DNA of 63,602 bases, filler included, from Chrysochromulina tobinii (GCA_001275005.1; 6 parts of 6 records of this genome joined end to end with filler, not necessarily neighbours in it), one strand, 5' to 3'; shown: positions 33,931 through 45,086, counted from the first letter of the whole stretch. Notes: a model not told the origin generated them from the sequence alone. Program-made: numbers and translations.

Positions 33931-34749
33931 TGCCGGATCCGTTTGAGGTGTCAGCTCTCTCTATGTCACCATCCCCTACCTACCGTCCGCCACTGGCGCG
34001 TCGTCCTGAGCAGCTCGCACCACCCTCGCGTCGTCCCGAGCAGCTCGCTCCAGCCCTGCCCCCCAAGGGGGGTGACAAGGGGGGTGACGAGGGGGGTGAC
34101 AAGGGAGGCTCCGCCACACCCACGTACCGGGGGTTTCGTCGCTCAACGGCCGCCGCTGCCTTATTGGCCGCGGCAGAGGAGGAGGAGGAGGAGGAGGAGC
34201 CCTGGCTTGTCTTGGCCGCCGCAGCCGCAGCTGCGGAGGAGGGGGAGCGGCAGCCTTCACAGCAGCTTTCACAGCAAGCCAGCGGCGGCCAAGCCGGGCC
34301 AGAGGAGTTCGCGGGGGTCGCAGCTCCGCTCGAGATGATGATCTCCGAGATGATGCTCCTGGGTCTGCAGGAGGAGCAGCAAGAGGCTCTCGAGCTCAGC
34401 GAGGCGGCACGCGAGGAGGAGCGCCTGCTCAACCTGCTTGCCGGCGGCCACCTCTGAGTCTGCGAGCTGCGTGGCGCGGTGGCGGCCGCGTACTGCGTGG
34501 AGATACTGGAACGTCGTAGGAGATACGGAACGTCGTAGAGATTACTGTAGCTCAGACACAGCGTTCTTCACGTCTTTTCCAGAGAAAGCACCATTATTAG
34601 TCATTCCTATTTAGGAAGTCTTCCAGTTGTCTTCCTCGCAGGGTAAAGTCATTCTATTTTTGGGGTTTGGAGAAACAAAGACGTCTCAGTTCACGAATCG
34701 GGAGAAATCCGCCGACGTCCCTCTCGGAGACGCTCGAAGCCCAGGGTCC

Positions 34750-36589
34750 ATGGTTGACGGTGGCCGCTGCAGCAGCCTACGTTCTGGAACCTGTAACGTA
34801 TACATGATGCGCCGCGCCGGAGTGACGGACCTCACGCTGCCAAAAGACCTCATCTGGACGGTGCCCGTCACTCCTCTCGAGGAGCAGTTGCCGCCGCCAA
34901 CAAGGGCACCTCCGCAACCCATTGCAATCCTCAAGTGCGCATACCGCGCACGCGCCTCGTATCGAATCCGTCAGCGGCCCGAGTGCCTGACACGCGTGGT
35001 CTGGATGTGCGCAGTCGCGTGATCGTTAGCAACCACGCGGCAAAGGCGGCGTTGCGCGAACGCCGAGGCGAACATGGGGCCGCTCATCGTGTAGTGTCGC
35101 ACGTGTCCTCGGCTCCGCCGGAGCTCCGCGTGATGATGTCGATCCCGACCATCTTCAATCCAAACTTGAACGGCATGGAGCCCATTCCCGACTTCCTTCC
35201 CCGCCCAAACGAGACGGTCGGCTTCAAGTGCGCTCCTCGCCTGCCTCGCCCTGATTGCCCGATGCACCGCGCAAACTACCTCGCAACGATGCCCGCGCTC
35301 CCTCTCCCCCCCCGCCCTGCCTCGACGCCACGTGGCTTCGTCCCGTCTGCTTGCCGCCACCCTTATGAACTCGCAGCTACAAGGTCGACGGGGTCCTCGG
35401 CTCGGGCTCCTTCGCCACCGTCTTCCGAGCCGTGCACGAAGGCGCCCAGAACCGGCCCGTAGCACTCAAGTGCCTAAAGAACGCAAAAGAGACGGTGGAT
35501 GCCGGGCTGGGCGAGGCCCGGGTTCAATCTATGATCCGGCTGCATGACCCACTCGGCCGCCGGCACATTGTGCGGCTGCTCGACTGCTTCTACTACCGCG
35601 AGCACCTCTTTCTCGTGTACGAGTGCCTCAACGCGTCCATCTTGGCGCACTACATGCACCTCGAGACACTTGGCCCGCGCGCGCGCGCTGAGTACTGGCA
35701 CGCAGGCTCGATCGGGGCTCTCACCATCCAGATGCTTGATGCGCTCGCCTTCCTCGCCTGCCTCGGCATCACGCACTGTGACGTCAAGACGACCAACATC
35801 TGCATCGTCAACGCGGAGCGTCGCATCTTCAAGCTCATCGACTTCGGCTCGGCCGTCCTCACGCACGACGCCCACATGTCCTACCTGCAGGTGAGTGCCA
35901 CTACTAGTGCCCCCCGATTCCCCCCGACAGCCTTGGCCTGGTGGGCCTCAAGTGTACGGCGCCCACCATGGCGCCCATCCACCCCTACCCTGGCGCCCAC
36001 CATGGCGCCCATCCACCCCCTACCCTGCGCCCACCATGGCGCCCATCCACACCCTTCCCTGCAGAGCCGCTGGTACCGCGCGCCCGAGGTGATCCTCGGC
36101 CTCAACTGGACGCCCAAGATCGACGTGTGGTCCCTCGGCTGCGTGGCCATCGAAGCCGCGCTCGGCTTCTTGCCCTTCCAGTTCGCGTCGACTGAGCTCG
36201 TCCTCGCGGCCCAAATGGCTACCCGCGGGCCCTTCCCGCCATGGATGATGGAAGGGCCACTCGGATCCATCTACTTCTCCGGCTCCGGCTGCGTGTACGA
36301 GGTCGACCCCAGCGCCGCCGCCCCGGGCGCCTACCTGCTGCGCGCCGAGCCCAACACGACGCTGCCCGAGCTGCTCGCCCAACAGCTCGATCCCGCCATA
36401 TTCGGCGACGTGCTCTCCTTCAGTCACTTCGCCGAGACGCTTCTGACCCTCGACCCCGACGTACGCCCTACTGCGGCGGAGGCGCTGCAGCACCCGTGGA
36501 TGGCCTCGTATGGTCTTCCCCCTATCGATCCCCCGATCGTGCCTGCAACGCCCACGTTGTCGGACGAGGTCCCTCTGACGGCGAGATAG
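34750..36589 (+). CDS. CMGC/DYRK-like protein kinase; introns ~34935-35014, ~35228-35376, 35891-36064
   Basis: Spliced GSGSFATV, VALK, HCDVKTTN, DFG, SYLQ|SRWYRAPE, IDVWSLGC. Confidence 0.88.
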
Positions 36590-36689
36590 CACCGAGATAC
36601 CCGACGGCAACCGAGATCTGGAGCCTTACGGAGTAGGCTGCAGGGTGATAAAGTTAGTGACACAGCGCGCGGCACACGCGCACTCTTCG

Positions 36690-36785
36690 GATTAGGTTTG
36701 GGTCAGCGCTAGGGTTAGCGTTAGGTTGGACTTGGAGAACCTGGGGATCTCGGTCGTGTCCGTTAGGCTTTGGTTTGGGTTTGGT
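36690..36785. repeat. Degenerate telomere-like (TTAGGG/TTTGGG) interstitial tract
   Basis: attaggtttgggtcagcgctagggttagcgttagg...ttaggctttggtttgggtttgg. Confidence 0.5.
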
Positions 36786-37051
36786 AGCATCCGATCTGCT
36801 TTGGATTCGATGGCTCGCGGCACCGCCCCTTGGCGCCTTCGCGGGGACCCGTCCCGAGACCTGTGCCCCATCAGCATAGGCATACAGGAGTACTGGGAGC
36901 AACAGCACTGGACCTGCACATCACGTTTTCACGATCACCCTAGTCCCTACATCCTCTACTTCTTTGGAACTGTCATCTACGGCAATGCATGCAACCTCGC
37001 GTAAGCATGGCCAGGCTCCCCTCGTCAAGACCTATGGCCGGACTCCCCTCT

Positions 37052-37624
37052 TCAAGACTGCCTCGCCTCGTCATAGCCAAGCGTGGGCAGCCCCCTTCCA
37101 GTCGCCAGGCACAGGACGACGTAGAGGAGCAATCCAGGCGGGCCAATGCCGTTGCACAGAAGCAGCGCCGACCACGTAAAGGGCGTCTCGCGCTCAAGAC
37201 TATCGAGCCAGATCGCGCGCCCCACAAAGAGGTCCCAGATGAGCACGTGCGGCCACTCCTCGGCAACAAAGTCACGGACCGCAAAGAGGCGCTCCATGCC
37301 TTCCAGCTGGTTTTTCGCCGGATCGAAGACGTCGGCGAAGATGGCAATGGGCTCCGTGCCGCCGGGCGCCGAGGCTGCCGTTATCACGACGGCGAGGTGC
37401 ACCAGGGAGAGCGCGAGGATGGGGCCGATGGAGCCCATGACAGAGCGCGTGAGTGTTGAGCGCGGAGCGGCCACGATCAGAAGCCACAGGAATTGAGGCG
37501 CAAAGGTGTCGATGGAGACGCACGTGTCGATGAGCTCAGGGCCCGTGAGCATCGTGGGCACACACGCTCGCGAAGCGACCGCGGCCATGGGCGGCGGCCG
37601 AAGCATCGGCACGAGATGCAGCAT
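37052..37624 (-). CDS. ABA4: ABA4 / DUF4281 family membrane protein, probably plastid
   Basis: LLIVAAPRSTLT...EEWPHVLIWDLFVGRAIWLDS...LLCNGIGPPGLLLY. Confidence 0.8.
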   Translation of the reverse strand: MLHLVPMLRPPPMAAVASRACVPTMLTGPELIDTCVSIDTFAPQFLWLLIVAAPRSTLTRSVMGSIGPILALSLVHLAVVITAASAPGGTEPIAIFADVFDPAKNQLEGMERLFAVRDFVAEEWPHVLIWDLFVGRAIWLDSLERETPFTWSALLLCNGIGPPGLLLYVVLCLATGRGLPTLGYDEARQS

Positions 37625-37740
37625 CTTTTCCCTTCACAGGCGTGTGATCTGCACGTGTGAACGACGTGGCGCTCGAAATCGAACGAGAGACGCGCATTGC
37701 CTAGACTCGACACAACGCTTTAGAGAACTGTCTCGCACTT

Positions 37741-39366
37741 TCAACCCAGACGAGTCACTAGGCGAGGCTGTGGCAGTATCGAGGTTGTGATGGTGGCGTG
37801 GTTGAGGGCGTAGGTCCGGAGGGCGGCCTTGACGGAGGGCGTAGCTCCAGTAGAGGCTGAGTGTGGCCTTGATGAAGCGCCGTAATGGGCGCCACCACCA
37901 GTCATCTGGGCTCCGGCAGGCATCAGCTTGGGCACAGACTGGTGCTGCGGCTCTGACTTTAGCCGTGCGCGGGGCTGACCCGTGTGAATGGACCCCAGGC
38001 TGTGGTTGATGGTCGTGCCGGCCCTGGGGTTCGTCACCCGGCTCGGGTGCGGGGGTTGGCGGGGGGGGCTCTGGGTAAAGCTCTGGGACTGGGTCTCACT
38101 CGGGGACCACCGAATCAGGTGCGACGGTGCACTCGAAGGCAGCGTGCCACCTGCCGTCACGAGGGCATGGGCGCGCGACACATAGGACAATGGCGAGGGG
38201 AGGAGCGCTCGGGACGGCGCTGGAGCGCGGTTCGTCAACGACAACGTCCATGGCGGCCCGTCGGTCAAGGGGCGGGCCCCACTCACTGCCCCACTCCCCC
38301 TGCTGCAGGGCCGCAAGCTGGAGGGCATGAAGTCGGGCATGACGATATGCATGGCGGCAGGTGAGGCGGCAGGTGAGGCGGCAGGTGAGGGATGAGACAT
38401 AGAGAGCGGACTCGCGTCGTCGTGGGCGTCCTCGAGGAGGCAGGTGCCGTTACGGTTGAGGGATGAGTTGCTGGATGGGTTAGATGCCAAATTCGGTGCA
38501 CTGGTGGGCCTCGCTGATCCCTTGCTTGCCTTCTTCGGAACGATCTTCGCGGCTGGATCGACCTGAGCCACAGCCGTCGGCGATCCTGACGGGTCGAGGC
38601 TGATTGCATGCTGATTGCGTCCCTCATTGGCGGACGTCGATCCTGACGGGTCGAGGGGTCGAGGGACGCTCGTTGCGACGCTCGTGTGAACGCTCGTTGC
38701 GACGCTCGTGTGAACGCTCGTTGCGACGCTCGAGAAGGAGCCGATCGAGGAGGTCACGCACAGGCCGGGCTGCATGGTGCGGTCGTTGAGGGCCGTGCCG
38801 GAACTGCTCCAAGTCCGTGCTGCTTGCATGCTGATTGCATGCTGATTGCGTCCCTCATTGCCGGAACTGCTCCAAGTCCGTGCTGCTCTAAGTGCTTCTC
38901 TGGCAACATGGCTACTCGGGCCGGCGGAGGACGTGAAGGAGGGTGCCGATTGAGGTGCCGTTGCGCTCACTGTTTGATTAACTGTTTGACGAAGCTGCCA
39001 TCGATGCTGCTGCCATATCGACGATGCTCGTGCGATCGGAGCACGTGCTGGGTGAGCTGCAGGGCCCTGATCGCCGGTCATGGCCAAAAGGCCAGGGGCG
39101 CTTGGCATGGCGCTTGGCACGAGAGGGGAGTCCAGTCTCTTCGAGAGTCCCATCTCATAGAGTAGCCATGCCGCTTGCGTGGAGGTGGAAGGCACGGCGG
39201 TGTCCGCGCCGGTGGCGATGGTTAGGCGCGCCGCGTGCCTCGCATCGATCTCCCGGTCCACATGGAAGAAGAGCTGCAGCGCCTCATCGGTGCCCTCTTG
39301 AACGTGCGTGCTGCGCCCGGCGCGGAAGGTCGCGAACGGCGTCGGTGTTTCCTGTTGGAAGCACAT
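37741..39366 (-). CDS. Hypothetical Ser/Pro-rich protein carrying two in-frame NEGRNQHAIS insertions
   Basis: Long open frame (track 651 aa); probable ATG at 39366; low complexity. Confidence 0.55.
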   Translation of the reverse strand: MCFQQETPTPFATFRAGRSTHVQEGTDEALQLFFHVDREIDARHAARLTIATGADTAVPSTSTQAAWLLYEMGLSKRLDSPLVPSAMPSAPGLLAMTGDQGPAAHPARAPIARASSIWQQHRWQLRQTVNQTVSATAPQSAPSFTSSAGPSSHVAREALRAARTWSSSGNEGRNQHAISMQAARTWSSSGTALNDRTMQPGLCVTSSIGSFSSVATSVHTSVATSVHTSVATSVPRPLDPSGSTSANEGRNQHAISLDPSGSPTAVAQVDPAAKIVPKKASKGSARPTSAPNLASNPSSNSSLNRNGTCLLEDAHDDASPLSMSHPSPAASPAASPAAMHIVMPDFMPSSLRPCSRGSGAVSGARPLTDGPPWTLSLTNRAPAPSRALLPSPLSYVSRAHALVTAGGTLPSSAPSHLIRWSPSETQSQSFTQSPPRQPPHPSRVTNPRAGTTINHSLGSIHTGQPRARLKSEPQHQSVPKLMPAGAQMTGGGAHYGASSRPHSASTGATPSVKAALRTYALNHATITTSILPQPRLVTRLG

Positions 39367-39901
39367 TGAAACTGGGGCCACCATTTGATATTTGACGTTG
39401 CATGCAGATGCACGCGGGATCGAACCGTTTTGGACCCTATCCGGATATCCGGATAAATAATGGCATTTAGTTAATTTAGAGGCTTCGTTTGTACTCTCCG
39501 GTTCGTCCAAAACATGTACGGGCGCGGTGTTCGCATACATTTTACTTCTATTCGAACCGACACAGATTACACACGTCGCTCTGGCTCCGCGAGACCGGAA
39601 CCGACTATTAAACGTAGCGAATCCCGCACTGTCGCTGTAAACACCTCTCTTCCCCCACGGCCCTCTTTGCCTGAAGTCTGTGCCACACCTATACATGAGC
39701 GCGTGCTGGCCGAGCCGCCGCGTCGTCGTCCTCGGTTGAAAGCGCTTCCCCGAGGGCTTGTCCCCGCCTCACATCTCTACTCCTCGGAGATCACATCTCT
39801 ACTCCTCGGAGAACAGTTGATCCCTCCCACCACCCCTCGCCCATGGAGGCTGCCCTAAACGCTCAAGCTGAGGGCACCATGCTCCTAGTTCCCATGCACG
39901 T

Positions 39902-42360
39902 TCACTCGACGGGTGCGAAACGGCTTGAGAGCGGCAGGGCGAGCTCGGCCGCTGTGAAGACCCTTGCTCCGAGCTCTGCCTGTCGGCTCGTCTCCGCCTG
40001 CATGTATGGGCGGGAAGCAACCGGAAGTCGATCGGCGGTCAATCGGAGGCAATCAATCGGAGGTCAATCAGTCGGAGGTCAATCAGTCGGAGGTCAATCA
40101 ATCGGAGGTCAATCAATCGGAGGTCAATCAATCGGAGGTCAATCAATCGGAGGTCAATCAATCGGAGATGAATCGGAGGCGCGGCGCACACCTGCATGCG
40201 GCGAGTCTGGTGGAGCTCCGCGTGCTTCATCACCACCTGGCGGAGGGCCTCGCGCCGCGACCGCGTCGCGGACTGGCGCACCGCCACGACGCCCTTCTTC
40301 GCGCGCCGGCGCAGCACGGCCGCATGCCACTCGGTTGCCGCCTCCTGCTTCATCAAGTCCATCATCTTCTTCTCGGCCAGCTCCTCTTCGGCCGCGAGCC
40401 GGTTGGCATGCACCTGTGTACAATTCGCGCATGCAATTAATGAGGCAATCACGCTCCTCTTCGGCCGCGAGCCGGTTGGCATGCACCTGTACCCACAATT
40501 GGCGCATGCAATTAAGGAGGCAATCCGTGGCAATCAGTGGCATGCACCATGTCCGCGAGCGCCGCCTCTTTGGCCAAGATGCTCAGCTGCGACGTCTCCT
40601 TCTTGGCGAGCAAGATCTCGGACCGAATCTCGCGACCTTTGAGCTCTGCCGCCTTGAGCGCCTCACGCAGCGCGCGACGCTTCGCGGCGGAGGCCACGCG
40701 CTCGATACGGCGCATCGCGCTCATGTGTACCTACAACTCCCAATCGAGCGCCATTCAGCATGCAATCAGCATGCAATCAGCATGCAATCAGCATGCAATC
40801 AGCATGCAATCAGCATGCAATCAGCTGGCTGCCGTGGCATGGTCCCTGCAAATCCCAATCAGCATGCAATCAGCATGCAATCAGCTGGCAGCCGGGGCTT
40901 GATTACCTTCGCTTCCCTCGTCTCCCGACGCGCATGTGCTCCCAGTTGACGAGCGGGCGCCGAGACGAGCAGGGACGTCGAGACCGTCGTCAGCCGCTTG
41001 AGGAGTGTAGCTGAGGGCGTCGCGCGCGCCTTCTTAATGGCCTCCGGCTTGATGGTGATCACCTCCGGGTGGAAGCGCTGCGCCATGCACAACACCTTGC
41101 TCGGTGCTTTGGCACGTAGCGCCATGCCGCGCGCCACCTCTGCCGAAACCATCTTCTCGTAGTGCTCGGCTTTGGCCATCTTTGTCACGTCGTCCGTCCC
41201 CATTGCATGCGCGCGCACGGCCTCCGCCACGTCCTTGGCATGCATGTTGAACATCTGAGCCGCGTCGCTGATGATGCTCATGAACGCTTCACGCTTCGCT
41301 ACCGCGCGCTCCATTGCCGCCGTGTCGGCCATCCGCTTGGCTTCCAGTTCGAAATCCTGAGGAGGCCAGAATTGCGGCCATCAGACGTCATCAGGCAGGC
41401 GGCCATCGGCCCATCATCAGGGGCCATCAGACGTCATCAGGGGCCATCAGACGTCATCAGGCAGGCGGCCATCGGCCCATCATCAGGGGCCATCAGACGT
41501 CATCGGGCGGCTCATCAGAGGGGCTCATCAGAGGGGCTCCTTAGAGGGGCTCATCAGAGGGGCTCATCAGAGGGGCTCCTCAGAGGGGCTCATCAGAGGG
41601 GCTCCTCAGAGGGGCTCCTGGGTGCTCAATGAGCGCAGGCTGGCTAAGGGGTGCAACAAACCTGTGCCGAGCGTGCCTTCGCCACCGCCTTCTGGCGCTG
41701 CGCCTCGTGCTCGAGGAAGGCCTGTTTGGCCTCATCGAGGCGGCGCGACTCGGCGGCTGCGAAGCGCTGCTGCAGCTGCTCCATGGCGAGCGCGGCCTCC
41801 TCTTGCTCCTTCGCCTTGCGCGCCGCCACCACCTCGAGAGCGTGCTTCACGGTCGACGAGCCTTTCTCGGCGACCTCGGCGATCAGCTGCTCGCGCTTCG
41901 CGACGGCCTGCTCGCCGCGCTCGGCGGCGGCAACGCCCTTCTTGAGCGCCTGCATGTGTGCCTGGCTGCGCGCACGTGCCACCTCCTCAGCCAGCGCCAT
42001 CCGCTTCTCCTTGTCCGCCTCGCGCTTCTCGTCCTGGCTCGCCTTGCGCGCCTCCGCCTTGCTGGCCGACGCGGCCATCTTCTCGACGATGCGAGCGGCC
42101 TCAGCCGCCTCGGTAGCCTGCTTGCGCTCGGCCGCAGCGGTCGCGCGCTGAAGATCACGAGTCGCCTTCTGCTTCACTTCTTCCAGGTACGCCCCGCGCA
42201 GGGCGCCGCGCCGCTCCTTGTCCGCCGCAATGTCGTCGAGCGACTTGGGCTCGGCCTGGATGTTGATGCGGTCGCGCAAGGCCCCACGGATGGTGCGAAC
42301 CTCGTGATTGACCGGGATCTCGATACTCACTGGGAGGCGAACCTCGTGCACAGTCGACAT
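39902..42360 (-). CDS. Coiled-coil protein, 5 exons (introns 41357-41661, 40731-40906, 40414-40547, 39998-40191)
   Basis: All four GT-AG introns are phase 0 and join helical A/E/K/R-rich exons in frame; function unknown. Confidence 0.7.
40030..40180. repeat. Intronic 15-bp tandem repeat (aatcaatcggaggtc)n
   Basis: About 9 copies within intron 39998-40191. Confidence 0.95.
40755..40885. repeat. Intronic 11-bp tandem repeat (catgcaatcag)n = CTGATTGCATG on the gene strand
   Basis: Multiple perfect copies within intron 40731-40906. Confidence 0.95.
41375..41625. repeat. Intronic tandem repeats (ggccatcagacgtcatcag) and (ggggctcatcaga)
   Basis: Within intron 41357-41661. Confidence 0.9.
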
Positions 42361-42843
42361 GATGGTCCTTGTGGTGGCTGCTTTCTTGGACGGGCCGTAG
42401 GGCCGAATTTCGGCGAGCCGAAAACCAAACCGGGAAACGCGAGCGCCCGAGGTCGTGTCTTGCGTGTTGGGTGTGATCCAGGGCGGATGTTAATACTCGT
42501 CGTGCGGGTAACAGTAGCATGCAGTAGAAGAACGAGGGACCGTAAACTCTGAGCACTGAGTGTTGAGTTAGCTCTCACAACCCCTCAGCATCGAGGCTCT
42601 CTGACGGGACGGCAACCACCTAGAAGCCAGGGCCTGGCACCTGTGGACGTGCGGACCTGCTGCTGTAATGTGCCTAGCATCAGTCAGCATCAGTCAGCAA
42701 CAGTCAGCACTAGTGACTTGAAGTGACTTGACTTGACAGTCAGCACGCTTCGTGACTTCGTGCTGCTGACAAGGCGTCCGATCTCGTTCAATCTCGTCCA
42801 ATCTCGTCCAATCTCGTCCAATCTCGTGCAGCTGCCGCCGCTC

Positions 42844-43563
42844 TCAGGTGCTGACGGCGAATGCGCGATGAGCCTCGCGCTGCCGCATGACGGTGAGGAC
42901 GCCGGTGATTACGATTCCAATCAATCTGCCGGAGCGTGATTGCACCGTCTGCACCCAGTGATAGGCGCAGTAGCAGGCGAGCAGGTTCGAGATGGTCATG
43001 CCCGCGAAATAGAGGTAGGTGGTCAGCGGGTACCAGGGCCAACCGAAGCAGAAGATATTGCACACGCCGGAGCCAAACTCGAGCGAGATGACGCCAAGGA
43101 AGTACCATCCGAAGCCGGCGGCGAGTGGGAAGCACGCGATCATGTGAGCCACGATGCAGGTCACGTGATGCAGGAGCATGATCGGCCGCATGTCCTCGAG
43201 GATCAAGAAGTCGAGGAGCAGCCATGTGGGGAAGAGAAGGACAAAGCACCAAGCCTTCGGTCCTCGCCGCTCGCGGGCCCACTGCAGCCCCCATGCGCGC
43301 GGCCCCTGGCTCCCGAGTGCGCGGTGTCCGAGCACAAAGAGCACGGGCATGAGTATCATCTGCGTCGGCAACGCCCACGCAGCGCGCCAGCGCGGCGGCC
43401 CATTGGAAAAGAAGCCTTGCACGCCACCGGTGACGAGGTTCGTGGGCGGACCAAGGCAGAAGGCAAGGGCCAAGACGGAGATGAGCCAGAGCGTCATCGG
43501 CACCGCCACCGCGCGATCGGTCAGCGCTTGCGCGATCGGCTGCTGCTTGCCATTCTTCGCCAT
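42844..43563 (-). CDS. TLC (TRAM/LAG1/CLN8)-like multi-pass membrane protein
   Basis: Several TM segments; MLLHHVTC and SLEFGSGVCN motifs. Confidence 0.65.
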   Translation of the reverse strand: MAKNGKQQPIAQALTDRAVAVPMTLWLISVLALAFCLGPPTNLVTGGVQGFFSNGPPRWRAAWALPTQMILMPVLFVLGHRALGSQGPRAWGLQWARERRGPKAWCFVLLFPTWLLLDFLILEDMRPIMLLHHVTCIVAHMIACFPLAAGFGWYFLGVISLEFGSGVCNIFCFGWPWYPLTTYLYFAGMTISNLLACYCAYHWVQTVQSRSGRLIGIVITGVLTVMRQREAHRAFAVST

Positions 43564-43751
43564 AGCATCGCCAATAGGAAACCCTTTCAAGGAAAGGGCT
43601 CTGTGAATGCGATCAAAGCGTAAACCCCACATCAACTCGCGTTCAAACCACACGACCAAAGCAGCTCACTATAGGGCTACGTATGTGATATAATGTGATA
43701 TATTGCGTTCATACCCCCCCGGGCGCGTGTGGACGCTGCTCGTGCGTTTCG

Positions 43752-44843
43752 ATGATCACGTCGATGCAAGCGGGCACCATGCGTGGCGCTTCAGACATAT
43801 CAGTGCAGGGCGCACCGCTTCCGCGTGCAAAGTCGGAGCTGCAGCTCCTTCCACCCACCGCACTGACTCGCTGCGTGTGGAACCTTGAGCACCAGCATCG
43901 TCAATCGCAGCGCCGCGCGGGTGTGCCCGTCCGTCCTTCTTCGGCTGCAACGCTGCAGCCGGCGCCGCCGACGCATGCATCCCTCACAGCATGCGGCGCG
44001 CTTCCATCGTCTCCGAAATCGGGGAATAGCTGGCCCAAGTTTGATGGCGAGCGACCGGGCTCAGCATCAGCAGCGTCAATCATTTCCTCACGGCTGGCGG
44101 CGCGCCGCTATCATCAACCGGTGTACAGGGACGAGCAGGCCAAGAAACCCGACCTTTGGTCTCGTTACGCTGCAATCTCTCCCCGCTCCGCTGCAGATCG
44201 CCAGTGGGGTCTCGCACAGCACGAGGAGGTGTGCCGATTGATGTCGCGCACGGCGCACCAACTCGATGATGAGAATCACGCCCTGCAACGAAGGATGGCA
44301 GACCAGGCAGCTGAATTTTTGGCGCAGATTGATGAGCTCAACCTCAAGCTGGACGCAACATGTGCAGACCACCGGGAAGTCATGCAGTCTTTGGGCACTG
44401 AGCTCGAGGCGATGCGGAACACGCTTGCCATCGCGATGCGCAGCAACCACGATTTTGAGACCAAGCTGGCCTCCTCGGAGGCGGGGCGTAAGGAGCTTCG
44501 CATGGAGCTTGGGACGTTGCGCGACACGAATGCGCAGCTGGACGCCAAGCGTCGTCGCTTGGAAGAGCAGATGGGCGCGCTCGCTCGTGCTCACGAGGAG
44601 GAGCTGAGGAAAGAGCGAGAAGAGTGGGCTCTCGAGCGCTCTCGAGCGGCTCGGGCCATCGAGGACGCTGAGCTCTTGGCGCAATCGCAGGAGCAGGCGC
44701 TCCAAGCTGCGACAGAGCAGCGTGCACTGCTGGAGACGGAGCTTGTACGCATTGCGGATGCACTCCTCAAATGTCAAAAGGCACTCGAAGAGCAGACTGC
44801 CCGAGGCGCGCTCGAGAGCCATATTCAAGAGAGGTGCGACTAG
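43752..44843 (+). CDS. Hypothetical coiled-coil protein
   Basis: Long heptad-rich C-terminal half; start uncertain. Confidence 0.6.
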   Translation: MITSMQAGTMRGASDISVQGAPLPRAKSELQLLPPTALTRCVWNLEHQHRQSQRRAGVPVRPSSAATLQPAPPTHASLTACGALPSSPKSGNSWPKFDGERPGSASAASIISSRLAARRYHQPVYRDEQAKKPDLWSRYAAISPRSAADRQWGLAQHEEVCRLMSRTAHQLDDENHALQRRMADQAAEFLAQIDELNLKLDATCADHREVMQSLGTELEAMRNTLAIAMRSNHDFETKLASSEAGRKELRMELGTLRDTNAQLDAKRRRLEEQMGALARAHEEELRKEREEWALERSRAARAIEDAELLAQSQEQALQAATEQRALLETELVRIADALLKCQKALEEQTARGALESHIQERCD

Positions 44844-45086
44844 CGACTTCAACGCGATGGGAAGAGAGTGAGAGAGCATATGTTCAAGGTCCCGTCTGAG
44901 GGTCATCGCGGTCCGTGGAGTGGGCGGATTGGGCACACAAACAAGGGTTTAAAGCGCGGTTTACGAAGTCTCCCCAAAAAGATGACAGAATTTCGTTCTG
45001 GAACCACCGGCTTCTAAGTTTCGGTCTCGCGTTGCAACGATACTGCTGGATTGTTCTGAAGGAGAACACGTGCCGATTTGCTCGCG

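Noticed and set aside
33931..34457. Short Glu-rich ORF at contig start
   Set aside because: No recognisable domain; cannot distinguish a gene end from a repeat remnant
39843..40949. 368-aa + ORF with QSIGG and NQHAISMQSAC repeats
   Set aside because: Antisense translation of intronic repeats of the minus-strand gene
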